Shown: in pieces, positions 41,320-51,440 of the stretch
How the letters are laid out: every line of letters starts with the position of its first letter
Position numbering within the stretch: position 1 is the first letter of the stretch
Assembly: GCA_964291235.2 (NCBI GenBank)
Contig: OZ219816.1
Coordinates: 864,001-928,000, forward strand
DNA: 64,000 bases
Direction of reading: 5' to 3'
Source: Vicinamibacteria bacterium
GTDB taxonomy: Bacteria; Acidobacteriota; Vicinamibacteria; Marinacidobacterales; Marinacidobacteraceae
Notes under the pieces: generated by a model
The model's input: the letters and a program-made list of their open reading frames with translations, nothing else
Told to the model about the DNA's origin: nothing
Database searches by the model: none
Position numbers and translations under genes: made by a program

Positions 41320-41478
41320 CTCGACGGTGACCGGGCCCTGGCCGCTCGCCGGCAACGCCAGGGTGCCGGTATTGGTCTCGAGGTCCAGAACCCACTCGAA
41401 GCGGCGCTGCGGCACCGGCTCGTGGAGCGTGGCGGTCCGGGGCGTCATGGTGAGCGCGGCGAACGCGGAGGGTGGAGG
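41320..41478 (-). pseudogene. Internal fragment of a second acetamidase/formamidase gene
   Basis: FAALTMTPRTATLHEPVPQRRFEWVLDLETNTGTLALPASGQGPVTVE matches 35403-35557 (FAALTMTPQTAMLHEPVPQRRFEWRLDLQAHTGTLDLPASGKDPVTVE). Confidence 0.85.
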
Positions 41479-41585
41479 CGGGGGAGTCGGTACGCATGGG
41501 TTCGATTCTGCGAAGGGCCGGCCGCGGGCTCGCCAGCCTCTACCCGAGTCAGGCGGTACTCTCCGTTTCAGGAAGGCTCATCACC

Positions 41586-43121
41586 ATGTCCAGGACAACC
41601 GACCAGAGTTCCCCCAGTTCCGGCGTCACCCGCCGGCAGCTGCTTGCCGGCGCCGGCACGGGCGCCGCAGCCATGTTGCTGGAGCCGGGCCGTCTTCGGG
41701 CGGCGCCGCAGGACGGGACCGTCGTTTTCACGAACACGACGGTCGCGAATCCCGACGCCGTCCAGGACGACGTGGCGCTCGCGGTCGCGGGCGGCCGGAT
41801 CGCGGCGATCGGTCCCACCGACGAGGTGCTCGCCGACCATCCCGGCGCCGAGCAGTACGACGGCCGCCACAAGGCCCTCGTGCCGGGGCTCGTCAACACG
41901 CACGCCCACATGCGGGCGGTCATCGCCCGCGGCTTCAACGAGGACTTCGGCTTCCCGAACACCGCGAATCTGTCGGTCTCGCCCGCCAGCCTGCTCTCGG
42001 GTGACGAAGGCAACCTCATGGTGCAGGTTGCCGCGCTCGAGGCAATCCGCACCGGGACCACCACCATCGTGGAGTACACCGGGAACATCCAGCGCCAGGC
42101 GCCGGTGCTCGCGGACTCCGGGCTGCGCTGCGTCTTCGCGGAGGGAATCCGCGACGCCGAGAACGTTCCGGGGCCGATGTCCACCCGGGCGATGGCCCAG
42201 GGGGTCAGCGACCCTCCGCGGTTTTCGGAGCGGCTGCGCGACGAGGGCATGGAGCGCATCAGCGATCTCTTCAGCACCTGGCACGGCGCCCGCGACGGCC
42301 GCATCTCGGTGTTCCCGGCCGCGGCGCTTGCCGAGACCTCGTCGCCCGAGCTGCTAAGGGCGGTGCGCGAGTTCGCCGAGACCCACGACCTCGGCTACAC
42401 GATCCACCTGAATCAGAGCCGCGCCGAATACGAGTACATGGTCATGCACCACGGCCTCCGCCCGGCCGCGTATCTGGACCGGCACGGCTTCCTCGGACCC
42501 CGGTTGTTCGCCGCGCACGCGCGCTACGTCAACCACGAGGAGGTGGCGCTGCTGGGTCGGTCCGGCACCATCATCGCCCACCAGGCGGGGATGGCGTCGA
42601 ACCGCGGCATCAGCCCGCCGATTCCGGAGCTGCGGACCGCCGGCTGTCCGATCGCCCTCGGCACCGACAACAACACGAACGACGTCTTCGAGGTGATGCG
42701 CATCGCGATGCTCACCGAGCGCATCCGGCGCAACCGCGACGGGGACGAGGTTCCCGGCCTCTCGCCCCAGCCGGAAGATGTCCTCGCAGACGCGACCCAG
42801 GGCGGCGCGCAGGCGGTCAACCAGGTCGACGATCTCGGGACCCTGGAAGTCGGGAAGAAGGCGGACCTCCTGGTGGTGGACACGCTGCGGGCCCATCTCG
42901 TGCCGGCGGGCCGCTTCATTTCCGCACTGGTGCATAGCGGGCATCCGGGCGACATCGAGTCGGTCATGGTGGACGGTCAGTTCGTCATGCGCGACCGCAC
43001 GGTCCTCACCATGGACGAGGATGCCCTGCTCCGGGATGCGGACACGGTCGGCCGCCGCATCTGGGGCCAGGTGCTGGAGGCGAGCCCGCTCCACGTGCCG
43101 CGCCTGCCGCGCCCGGGCTGA
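41586..43121 (+). CDS. Tat-exported amidohydrolase (MtaD/Atz/Trz-like deaminase)
   Basis: TRRQLL Tat motif; PGLVNTHAH, IHLNQ, AAHA, LGTD, GTLEVGKKADL. Confidence 0.88.
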   Translation: MSRTTDQSSPSSGVTRRQLLAGAGTGAAAMLLEPGRLRAAPQDGTVVFTNTTVANPDAVQDDVALAVAGGRIAAIGPTDEVLADHPGAEQYDGRHKALVPGLVNTHAHMRAVIARGFNEDFGFPNTANLSVSPASLLSGDEGNLMVQVAALEAIRTGTTTIVEYTGNIQRQAPVLADSGLRCVFAEGIRDAENVPGPMSTRAMAQGVSDPPRFSERLRDEGMERISDLFSTWHGARDGRISVFPAAALAETSSPELLRAVREFAETHDLGYTIHLNQSRAEYEYMVMHHGLRPAAYLDRHGFLGPRLFAAHARYVNHEEVALLGRSGTIIAHQAGMASNRGISPPIPELRTAGCPIALGTDNNTNDVFEVMRIAMLTERIRRNRDGDEVPGLSPQPEDVLADATQGGAQAVNQVDDLGTLEVGKKADLLVVDTLRAHLVPAGRFISALVHSGHPGDIESVMVDGQFVMRDRTVLTMDEDALLRDADTVGRRIWGQVLEASPLHVPRLPRPG

Positions 43122-43328
43122 TCGCGCGCCGCCGGCGGCGGCGGATGCACCGTTTCTGACTCGGGCGCCGGGGACCGCGGTCCGTCGCAGGGCGTGCTCC
43201 GGAATTCGCCGGCCCGGCGGCTCGCGACGGGGTGGCGTGAGTCGGGTGTCCGGGTGGGATCGCGCCGTCTTCCCAAATTGGACTGGGGACTTCGCAATCG
43301 ACTAGGCTGGGGCGGTGGGGCTCCCAAC

Positions 43329-44483
43329 ATGAGGCCGATCGGCGCAGCGGTTCGATGGCGTCGCGGTCATGGCCGATCCCGGGGCCCGCTGCTCCTGGTC
43401 CCGATGGCCGTTTCCCTCTCCTGCGGGGGCGGCGACGGCGCCGGCACACCGGCCACTCCCCAGGCGCCCCGACCCGCCCCGCGTCAGCTCATCGGCATGG
43501 AGATCTTCGCCGAACAGAGGTCGATCCGGGTCGGACAGGTGTCGAGCCCGCTGGTCGTCTATGGCGAATTCGACGACGGCACCTCCGGTACGGTGAACGT
43601 GATCTGGACGTCCTCGGATCCCAGCGTGGCCGAGGTGGCGGAGGACGGGACGGTGACCGGGGCCGGAGTCGGGATGGCCACCATCACCGCTTCGTTTGAG
43701 GGGTTTACGGCGACGATCGAGCTGGCGGTCGATGAGGCGAACGTCCGCGCCACTCGGGACCGGCCGGACGACTTCGCCGGGCCGCAGATCCACGTCGTCT
43801 ATGCGCTGCCCAGCGACGGCGAAGATCTGAACTTCGACCGCTACGGGGATATCGCCAGGTCTTTCGAGCAGATTCAGGACTGGTTGATGGATGACATCGG
43901 CTATCGGTTCCGCCTGGACACGCACGCCGGGGAACTGGACGTGAGTTTTCTGCGACTCCGGGCCACGAGTCAGGAGATTCGGGCCACGGGGATATTCGAT
44001 GTCGTCTCCTTCATCCACGAGGGCATAGAGGCCCAGGTGGGGTTGGTGCAAGACAAGGTGTACGCGGCGTACTACTTTGGGGAGTCGACGTTTGGCGGAG
44101 TGGGCCATTCGGTGCTGCGGCTCGGCACCACGATGGTGGACCCGAACTACCGCTCCCGGTACCTGCCCGGGCGCTACCCCGATGGGGCGGGGTATTTTGA
44201 ACAGGTAATGGTCCACGAGTTGTTCCACGTGTTTGGCGCCGTCCCCAGTTGCGCCCCGAATGAAGGACTCGGGGCTCACGTCACCGATTCCGGCGAGGAT
44301 CTGATGTTCGCGGGAATCTACGAAGACCCCGCCGACAGTGTCGGGAATGTGGCGATTGACGTTGGGCGTGACGACTACTTCGAGCATGGACGGAGCGACT
44401 GCCCTGATCTCGCGGACAGCCGGTATTGGGAGCGGGTTGGCCCGGGACGCGCCGCAGCCGGTACCCCGGAGAGCCGACGTTAG
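43329..44483 (+). CDS. Lipoprotein with a bacterial Ig-like (Big_2) domain and HExxH peptidase-like domain
   Basis: SLS-CGGG; WTSSDPSVAEVAEDGTVTGAGVGMATITAS; HELFHVFG. Confidence 0.75.
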   Translation: MRPIGAAVRWRRGHGRSRGPLLLVPMAVSLSCGGGDGAGTPATPQAPRPAPRQLIGMEIFAEQRSIRVGQVSSPLVVYGEFDDGTSGTVNVIWTSSDPSVAEVAEDGTVTGAGVGMATITASFEGFTATIELAVDEANVRATRDRPDDFAGPQIHVVYALPSDGEDLNFDRYGDIARSFEQIQDWLMDDIGYRFRLDTHAGELDVSFLRLRATSQEIRATGIFDVVSFIHEGIEAQVGLVQDKVYAAYYFGESTFGGVGHSVLRLGTTMVDPNYRSRYLPGRYPDGAGYFEQVMVHELFHVFGAVPSCAPNEGLGAHVTDSGEDLMFAGIYEDPADSVGNVAIDVGRDDYFEHGRSDCPDLADSRYWERVGPGRAAAGTPESRR

Positions 44484-44784
44484 CCGGGATTTCTCATACT
44501 GCCGCCGTAGAGGTCGCCGCGGGATGGTGCCCCTCTCGGCGGGACCCCCACCAGGGGGCCTTCGCCGGGAGTTCGCCGGGAGCACTGGGCACGGCCCCCC
44601 TAGCGTTGATGTCGCAAAGGCCAGGGAACGCCGGCCTCCAGGCCGGCACAGCCCGCCGCAGGCGGGCGGCGGGATGGGCCTGGCTGGCCGGGGTGGCTCC
44701 CTCTGTGGGAGGGGATCCCGTGAGCGCGAGCGGCGAGGAACCGCCGGCGGCGCTACGCGCCGCTGTGCCGACCTGGAGGTCGGC
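44481..44784 (+). repeat. Composite intergenic repeat with an inverted REP pair; its first REP is the empty homolog of the IS copy 1 site
   Basis: Collinear with 4934-5033 joined to 6590-6743; REPs at 44630-44649 and 44765-44784. Confidence 0.85.
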
Positions 44785-44824
44785 CCAGTTCTCCCGGTGG
44801 ACTTTCCACGAGAACGCAAGAGCG

Positions 44825-46087
44825 TTAGGCGGCCCTCCGCTTCTGGGAGAAGTTGGGATCAAAGAGGGTTCGGTTCCGGGCCATCGCGCACAGCACCCGG
44901 AGTTGTTGATCCGCGATGCTCCGGTGGCGCCGGGCCGTGTGCTTCCCTTCCGCCTTCAACTTCCGGTTGTAGGCCGCCACCTTCTCGTCCCAGCGGACGA
45001 CCCCCCGCGCCAGGATGTAGGTGGCGTGTTGCAGCGAACTGGGAACGGCGCGCCGTTGCCGGAGCTGTGCGGACTTGCCGGACTGGTCCTCGATCGGGGC
45101 TACTCCACAGTAGGCGCGCAGACGGCGGTAGTTCCCCTCCGAGAGCGCTTCGAAGCCCCAGGCGAACAACCGGGCCAGCGCCTTGTCCCCCGCGCCCGGG
45201 CGTGAGCGCAACGCGCTCACCAGATCCAGGCCCGTGGCATCCGAACCACCCCCGGCCTCCGCCGTCTCCGAGAACTCGTCCAGCAGCTGGGTCATCTGGC
45301 CCTCCGCCCGGACGAGTTCCGCTCGCACGACCTCCAACTGTGCGAGCGCCGTGCGGATCGTCTCCACCGACGCCTCGGTCGCCCCCGGCGCCATCACCAA
45401 CGCCGGCTCCCGGAACAACGCCTGGATCCGCGCGGCGCTGATCCGGGTCACTCCATACCGCCGAACCAGCTTCTCCAACGTGGACAACCACACCTTCCGC
45501 GCTTTCGCCGGCGTAGAAGCCCGAGCCCACAACTCCCGGAAGAACGGAGTCCCCAGGTTCTTCGCCTCGCCGGCTACCTCCAGCAGTTGCGGGAAGTAGT
45601 CCACCAGCGCACTCCGGATCCGCAGGCACTGCCGGACCTGCTCCTGGAGCAGACGGTCCGCCGTCCGGGTCCGCTCCCGCAGCCGCAGCACCAACCCCGG
45701 TAGCGGCACCAGCAGCCGGAACCCCGCCAGGCTCGCCTGCAGCGTGGTGGCCAACATCCGGGCGTCCCGCCGGTCGTTCTTGTGCCCCGGGTGGGAGATG
45801 AACTTCCGCAGGTGGCTCGTCTGCCGCGGGTTCACCGCATAGACCGCAAACCCCGCCTCCAGCAGCGTCGCCACCACCGCCCCATCCGGCCGCTCGATCG
45901 CGACCGCCACCCGCGCCGGCGGCACACCCGTCTGCTTCCTAAGCCACTTCACCAGGGCCGCCAGCCCCGATCCCTTGTGCGCGAAGGCGCGCTCCCCGCG
46001 CACCTTCCCGCGCCTGTCGCACAGGCACACCTGGTGGCTCTGCTCGCCCCAGTCGATGCCCACGAACCAGCTCAGCTTCTGCTTCAT
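44825..46087 (-). CDS. IS110-family DEDD transposase/recombinase
   Basis: 420 aa; I see 3 differences from copy 1 (LGAP/LGTP, EAAV/EASV, TGPD/TGLD). Confidence 0.95.
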   Translation of the reverse strand: MKQKLSWFVGIDWGEQSHQVCLCDRRGKVRGERAFAHKGSGLAALVKWLRKQTGVPPARVAVAIERPDGAVVATLLEAGFAVYAVNPRQTSHLRKFISHPGHKNDRRDARMLATTLQASLAGFRLLVPLPGLVLRLRERTRTADRLLQEQVRQCLRIRSALVDYFPQLLEVAGEAKNLGTPFFRELWARASTPAKARKVWLSTLEKLVRRYGVTRISAARIQALFREPALVMAPGATEASVETIRTALAQLEVVRAELVRAEGQMTQLLDEFSETAEAGGGSDATGLDLVSALRSRPGAGDKALARLFAWGFEALSEGNYRRLRAYCGVAPIEDQSGKSAQLRQRRAVPSSLQHATYILARGVVRWDEKVAAYNRKLKAEGKHTARRHRSIADQQLRVLCAMARNRTLFDPNFSQKRRAA

Positions 46088-46340
46088 CGCTGTCTTCCTT
46101 CGAGCTTGCGCTCCGTCGGAGGTCCGCCGCGCCGCGATGCTGTCCAGCCCCTATACTGGTTCTCGATTGGAACCGACTCTCCACTGGTCGTCCATCACGG
46201 CCATCCGTCGGGGTACGTGTCCACCGTAGGTGCTCGCAGCACCGGGGCTCAGTTAGTACTCCCGGCGGATTGGCCAACCTGAGTTGATACAACGGCAGCT
46301 GAATCTCAGCTCCCGCAGGACGTCGCCGATCCTATAGGGG
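46088..46340 (-). ncRNA. Candidate bridge RNA in the IS110 left non-coding end (copy 2)
   Basis: Homolog of 5034-5286; the 4 substitutions seen all preserve or improve hairpins. Confidence 0.65.
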
Positions 46341-46555
46341 GCTCCCGTGCCTTCACGCTGTCCGTGCAGTTGCGGCCCGCCCCTGGCGAGTGTCTCCCAA
46401 CATCGTTGACAGGTTGGCGTGATCTGCGCGGCACCTTGGGCCATGGGTATGAAAAATCCGGCGTTGGAAGCTTCCCCCGCGCGAGCGGCCGTTTCGCTGC
46501 GGTGCGCATTGACACCGTACGGGCCAGGCCGACGGCAGCGTGTTGGCTGCCGGTC

Positions 46556-48340
46556 TCAGCGCCGGAGCGAGAACGGGTGGATCCGCCAGAAGTGGGCGCG
46601 GTAGCTGAAGACGGTGAAGGCGATCCGGTCGCCGAGCGGCGACCACGCGGGCTGGGTCTTGTGGGTGGGGTCCGAGGTGACCTGCTCCGCCGCTCCCCCG
46701 CCCAGCGGAACCCGGAAGATCTGGAAGAACCCGTCATCGGCGCGGTCGACGTAGGCCGCCCAGCGGCCGTCCGGTGAGACCCCGATCCCGGAGTGGATCT
46801 GGTCGGAGCCGAACTCGTGGAAGCGGGTGGGCTCGCCGCCGGTGCGCGGCACCGTCCAGAGGCTCTTCCGGCCGACCGCCGCCGCGGACTCGAACAGGAG
46901 CGTGTCCCCGGCATCCGCCCACTCGGCCTGGATCACGTCCTCCGGGAACCCTTCGAGCGGCACCTGCTGCTGGGGCTCCGTGACCTCGCCCGTCTCCTGG
47001 TCCACCCCGATCACGTAGAGCCCGCCGTGCCGGGCGCCGGTCTCGTCGCGCCGGTAGCTGGTGAAGACCACGAAGCGGCCGTCCGGGGACCAGCGCGCCC
47101 AGCCGGTCTCGTGCCCGTCCTCGCTGATCTGGCGGGCCCCGCTGCCGTCGGCCGCCATCAGCCAGATGTCGTCCGAGTTCTCGTGGGTGTGGAAAACGAT
47201 CCAGCGCCCGTTCGGGGACCACTGCATCCCCTGGTCCTCGGAGTAGGACTGCCGGACGATCCGCCGGGGTTCGCGGTGTGGCGTCTCGACGCTCACCGGA
47301 ACCGTGCCCAGGTGCTGGGCGATGTCCGGATAGTGGATGTCGTCCGTGACGTGCCGCCAACTCCCGAAGGTAAACGCGACCTCGCCGCCGTCCGGGCTCC
47401 AGGTCGGAGTCTCCGACTGGAACGCGGTCAGCGGCTCGGAGGGGCCGCCCTCCGCGGAAACGGTCGCGAGGAATACCCGGTAGTCCTGGCTCTTGAAGAC
47501 CACCTCGCCGCCCGCTCCCACTGAGGGTGCGTACGCATCGCGCGCGAAACGACTGAGCCGCGTGCGCCGCCCGCCGCTCACCCGGCGCATCCAGAGGTCG
47601 AGGAAGCCGCCTTCCCCCGGGACCCCGTAGATCACCGATTCCCCGTCCGGCGAGAAGGCGATGCGTCCGTAGGCTTCCTGGTCGTCGAAGAGCGGCTCGG
47701 GGGCGGAACACGGGAGATGCAGGTGTTGGCCTTCCCCCGTGCGGACGAGGCAGGCGATCTGTCCGTCGGGAGACCAGGCCGGGAATGCGAGGCGCTCCCC
47801 GGTGGCCTGGACCGCGGCGTTTCCGCCTTCGGCGTCGAGCGCCCAGACGGTCGAAACGCCGTCCGTCCGCGTCACGCCGGCGATCGCGGCGCCATCCGGG
47901 GACCAGCTCAGTTGCGCGAGCGCCCCGGTTGCCGGCGTGGCGTCCGCCGGACGGTCGGGCCACAGCGGACGTCGGCTGCCGTCGGCCCGGTCATGAATCC
48001 ACCATTCCTGAAGGCTGCGGTCGAAGACGTTTTCGTGCACCAGCACCCGGCGGCTATCCGGGAACCAGGTCAGATACCGGATGGACGCCGTCCCCGGACC
48101 GATCCGCTGGGCGGCGCCGCCGGCGGAGGGCGCGAAACGGATCCGGCCGCGTTCCAGGGTCGCGAGCCAGTTCCCATCGGGCGAGATCGCCCCCACCGGG
48201 TCGCGGTAGGCGACGGGGCCCGCCTGATCGGCGGTGGCCAGGTAGTGGAGCGGCGGGAGGGTGCCGCGTTCGGGCCGATCCCCGCCGCAGGCGGCGAGGA
48301 GGAAGAGAGCGGCGCCGGCGAGACAGGGGATTCCGCGCAT
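46556..48340 (-). CDS. TolB-like/PD40 beta-propeller lipoprotein
   Basis: Lipobox LLAA-C and many WSPDG/FSPDG repeats. Confidence 0.88.
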   Translation of the reverse strand: MRGIPCLAGAALFLLAACGGDRPERGTLPPLHYLATADQAGPVAYRDPVGAISPDGNWLATLERGRIRFAPSAGGAAQRIGPGTASIRYLTWFPDSRRVLVHENVFDRSLQEWWIHDRADGSRRPLWPDRPADATPATGALAQLSWSPDGAAIAGVTRTDGVSTVWALDAEGGNAAVQATGERLAFPAWSPDGQIACLVRTGEGQHLHLPCSAPEPLFDDQEAYGRIAFSPDGESVIYGVPGEGGFLDLWMRRVSGGRRTRLSRFARDAYAPSVGAGGEVVFKSQDYRVFLATVSAEGGPSEPLTAFQSETPTWSPDGGEVAFTFGSWRHVTDDIHYPDIAQHLGTVPVSVETPHREPRRIVRQSYSEDQGMQWSPNGRWIVFHTHENSDDIWLMAADGSGARQISEDGHETGWARWSPDGRFVVFTSYRRDETGARHGGLYVIGVDQETGEVTEPQQQVPLEGFPEDVIQAEWADAGDTLLFESAAAVGRKSLWTVPRTGGEPTRFHEFGSDQIHSGIGVSPDGRWAAYVDRADDGFFQIFRVPLGGGAAEQVTSDPTHKTQPAWSPLGDRIAFTVFSYRAHFWRIHPFSLRR

Positions 48341-48464
48341 GGGGGAATCCTACGGGGGGCCGGCGTTCCCGGTCACGCGCTGGAGCGGGGTTCCGCGCCT
48401 TCGGCGCGCTTCGCGCGGCGAAGGCAGTCCGGAGGCCGCTACCGGAAGAACCGGCCGGCGTCCC

Positions 48465-48725
48465 TCAGCCCTTGGCTACCAGGCGGGAGAGGCGGGACTT
48501 GGTGCGGGCGGCAGCGTTTCTGTGGACGACCCGGCGACTCGCCATGCGATCGAGCAGGGCGATGGTCTCCGGGAGCTGTTTCTGGCTGCCTTCCTGATCG
48601 CCGGCGGCGACGGCGGCGCGGAGCTTCTTGATCGCGGTGCGCAGCCGGCTCCGGTGGTGCCGGTTGCGAACCCGTTGCTCCTCGTTCTGGCGAACGCGTT
48701 TCTTCGCGGATTTGCTGTGGGCCAT
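48465..48725 (-). CDS. rpsT: 30S ribosomal protein S20
   Basis: MAHSKSAKKRVRQNE...HRNAAARTKSRL. Confidence 0.96.
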   Translation of the reverse strand: MAHSKSAKKRVRQNEEQRVRNRHHRSRLRTAIKKLRAAVAAGDQEGSQKQLPETIALLDRMASRRVVHRNAAARTKSRLSRLVAKG

Positions 48726-48818
48726 ACGGTGAAGTGGTTGGTTTGTCCTGGCCGTCCCCGATTGGGTCCGGGATGGGTGGTTGGTTCCGTGAGCGAGTTT
48801 CGCAGCCGGTGGCTGCGA

Positions 48819-48881
48819 TGCCGGCCTGGAGGCCAGCGTTCCTAGCCCGCGGCCGCGATGCCGGCCGGAGATCGGCGTTTC
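48819..48881. repeat. Two degenerate REP-like palindromes
   Basis: TGCCGGCCTGGAGGCCAGCGTTCC and TGCCGGCCGGAGATCGGCGTTTC. Confidence 0.7.
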
Positions 48882-48952
48882 GTCAAGTCGCGCTGGAAAA
48901 CGCCATTGTACCATCGCGCGCCCGGCCGGGGCCGGGGCCAAAGGAGGGTGCG

Positions 48953-50296
48953 GTGAGCGATTGGCTGGATCGTTTCTTCGAGATCGGGGCTCGGGGAAGC
49001 ACCCCTCGGCGGGAGGTGTTGGCCGGCGCCACCACCTGGCTGACCCTTGCCTACATCGTGCTGGTCAACCCCATTGTGCTCGGGGCCGCGGGAATGGACA
49101 CCGGCGCCGTCATGGTGGCCACCTGTGTCGGCGCCGCGCTCGCCACCGCGTCGGCGGGAATCTTCGCCAGGCTTCCGGTCGCGCTCGCGCCCGGAATGGG
49201 CCTGAACTTCTTCTTCGCCTTCACCCTTTGTGGAACGGTCGCCACCGGCGGGTTCGGGCTGACGTGGCAGCAGGCGCTCGCCGCCACCTTCCTTGCCGGG
49301 GTCCTCTTCCTCGCGAGTGCACTGTTCAAGATCCGTTCGAAGCTCATGGATGTGGTCCCGGCGCCCCTCCGTCACGGGATCGTGGCCGGAATCGGGCTGA
49401 TGATCGCGGTGATCGGGCTTCGCTGGGCAGGACTCCTGGTCGCGACGCCGAGCATCTACATCGGCCCCGGCGATCTGGGCTCGCGGCCGGTTCAGGTGGC
49501 GCTGGTGGGGCTGATCGTCACCGCCATCCTGGTGATCCGGCGGGTGCCGGGAGCGCTGCTGATCGGCGCCGGGGTGTCCGGCGTTTTCAGCCTGGGGTTC
49601 GGCCTCACGCAGTTCACGGGATTGGTGTCGGCGCCCCCCTCGGTCCTTCCCACGTTTCTGGCGCTGGACTTCGCCGGCCTCTTTGCGGCGCCGACCTGGA
49701 TCCTCGCGGTGGTGGTGCTCCTGATGGTGGACATGTTCGACACGATCGGAACGCTCCTCGGAGTCACGAGCCGCGCCGGGCTGATGGAGAGCGGCCGACT
49801 GCCCCGCGCCGAGGCGGCTTTCGCCTCGGATGCCGGCGGCACGATGCTGGGTAGCCTCCTCGGGACCTCCACCATCACCACCTATATCGAGAGCGCCGCC
49901 GGCATTGCCGCGGGCGGCCGGACCGGTCTCACGGCGCTGACCACCGCGGCTCTGCTGCTGGGCTCGATGTTCTTCCATCCGCTGCTTTCCGTGATCGGCG
50001 GAGTGCCCCTCGGGGAGGGGGTCACCCTCTATCCCGTCGCCGCCCCGATCCTGATCCTGATCGGCGTCTTCATGATGCCGGAGGTTGCCAAAATCCCGTG
50101 GGACCGGCCGGTGGCGGCCATCCCGGCATTCTTCGTGGTCGTGGGAATGCCCCTCACCACCAGCATCACCAACGGGATCGGCGCGGGCCTGATCGCCTGG
50201 TCGGCCCTCCATCTGCTCTCCGGCAAGGGCCGGGAGACCGGGCCGGTGATCCACCTCCTGGCGGGGCTCTTTGTGATTCTCTTCCTGCTTGAGTAA
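48953..50296 (+). CDS. NCS2-family (AzgA-like) purine permease
   Basis: EVLAGATT..T.AYI..VNP, ALAPGMGLN.FF, DMFDTIGT, TYIESAAG...GGRTG. Confidence 0.92.
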   Translation: MSDWLDRFFEIGARGSTPRREVLAGATTWLTLAYIVLVNPIVLGAAGMDTGAVMVATCVGAALATASAGIFARLPVALAPGMGLNFFFAFTLCGTVATGGFGLTWQQALAATFLAGVLFLASALFKIRSKLMDVVPAPLRHGIVAGIGLMIAVIGLRWAGLLVATPSIYIGPGDLGSRPVQVALVGLIVTAILVIRRVPGALLIGAGVSGVFSLGFGLTQFTGLVSAPPSVLPTFLALDFAGLFAAPTWILAVVVLLMVDMFDTIGTLLGVTSRAGLMESGRLPRAEAAFASDAGGTMLGSLLGTSTITTYIESAAGIAAGGRTGLTALTTAALLLGSMFFHPLLSVIGGVPLGEGVTLYPVAAPILILIGVFMMPEVAKIPWDRPVAAIPAFFVVVGMPLTTSITNGIGAGLIAWSALHLLSGKGRETGPVIHLLAGLFVILFLLE

Positions 50297-50310
50297 CGAA
50301 GCCCGGGGAA

Positions 50311-51300
50311 CTACCTCTCGACGTCCCGGATGGCGCTCGCCTCCGGAGCGAGGTAGATGGCGCCGGCGAAGGTATTGATGGTGATTTGCGGCCCGCCGGA
50401 GCCATACCGTCCCTCGAGGCTTCGACTGTCGCGTTCCGCCTCGAAATCCATTTCGTTGTGGATATCACCCGTATAGGTGGTGGCCGCGACGTTGAATCCG
50501 GGAACGGATCCGAGCCCCAGCCGGACCGTGCCCGAGTGGGTCTGAAACTCGTACCAGCCGTCCGGGTGCAGGGCGCCGCTCACCCGAATGGGCGCCGTCA
50601 AGGTCATGAAATGGGCGCGGTGCGCCCGCACGTCCCCCAGATTGAGGTTGCCGCTGACGGTCTCCGCCCGCAGATTGTGGGCTTCCAGGTCCCTGATCTC
50701 GATGGGACCACTGACGCTGCGGAGGAGGAAGTCTCCGTCCGGGGAGCCGATTCCGGCGATGGTGATCGCCGCCGTGAAGGTCCGCACTTCGAGCGAGGCG
50801 CTGTCCGGGAGCCACACTTCGAGGTCCACCGACACCGGCGGCACGCGCCGCGGCGGCCGCACCTCGGTGACGGGTGGATCCTGTCTTCGTCCCTCCCTGG
50901 AGCGGCCCGCCTCGCTCCCCTGATCCCGATCGCCGCGCGGGCGCATCGGGCCAATGTGAATCCGCCGGCCGCGGCGTCGCAGATCAAGGTTCACCTGTTC
51001 GAAGATGCGCGCGGCTTCGTCGGCTGGGAGGTCCGTCTCGAGTCGCTTGACGCCGATCACCCGGAGGGTCGCGTCTTCGCCGGGATCCGTTCCGTGGACC
51101 TCGACGTGCCCGGAGAAGTTCATGATCGAGATACGGGCGTTCGACGGGATTTCGACCGCGTGCTCCACCCGCTCGGTCAAGGGCTGGGCCAGCGCCAGCT
51201 GGGAGCCGGCAAGGCAAACGACCACCGCCGGCGCGGCGCGCCAGGGAAGTCCTTTCCCGGGCCGACACCGCGGCGGCGGATGCGGGGAATACGTCATCAC
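50311..51300 (-). CDS. DUF4097-like secreted beta-strand-repeat protein
   Basis: Signal peptide and repeated SVSGPI/TVSGNL/THSGTV/TYTGDI/TFAGAI strands. Confidence 0.75.
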   Translation of the reverse strand: MMTYSPHPPPRCRPGKGLPWRAAPAVVVCLAGSQLALAQPLTERVEHAVEIPSNARISIMNFSGHVEVHGTDPGEDATLRVIGVKRLETDLPADEAARIFEQVNLDLRRRGRRIHIGPMRPRGDRDQGSEAGRSREGRRQDPPVTEVRPPRRVPPVSVDLEVWLPDSASLEVRTFTAAITIAGIGSPDGDFLLRSVSGPIEIRDLEAHNLRAETVSGNLNLGDVRAHRAHFMTLTAPIRVSGALHPDGWYEFQTHSGTVRLGLGSVPGFNVAATTYTGDIHNEMDFEAERDSRSLEGRYGSGGPQITINTFAGAIYLAPEASAIRDVER

Positions 51301-51440
51301 TGATCGCTCCTTGGCGGACTCGCTACCTTGTTGCGCCGCACCTCGGCTGGATCAAAGCAGTTCATTTTCAAACGGTTGGGGCGGTGGAGAAAGTCCTGCG
51401 GCGCTGGTCGCCGCGGTGCGGGGTGGTTTTCCACGGTTGG

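Larger units (their letters stand above)
44785..46340 (-). mobile_element. IS110-family insertion sequence, copy 2 (1556 bp)
   Basis: Reverse complement of 5034-6589 with scattered substitutions; same ends and same REP target position. Confidence 0.93.
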
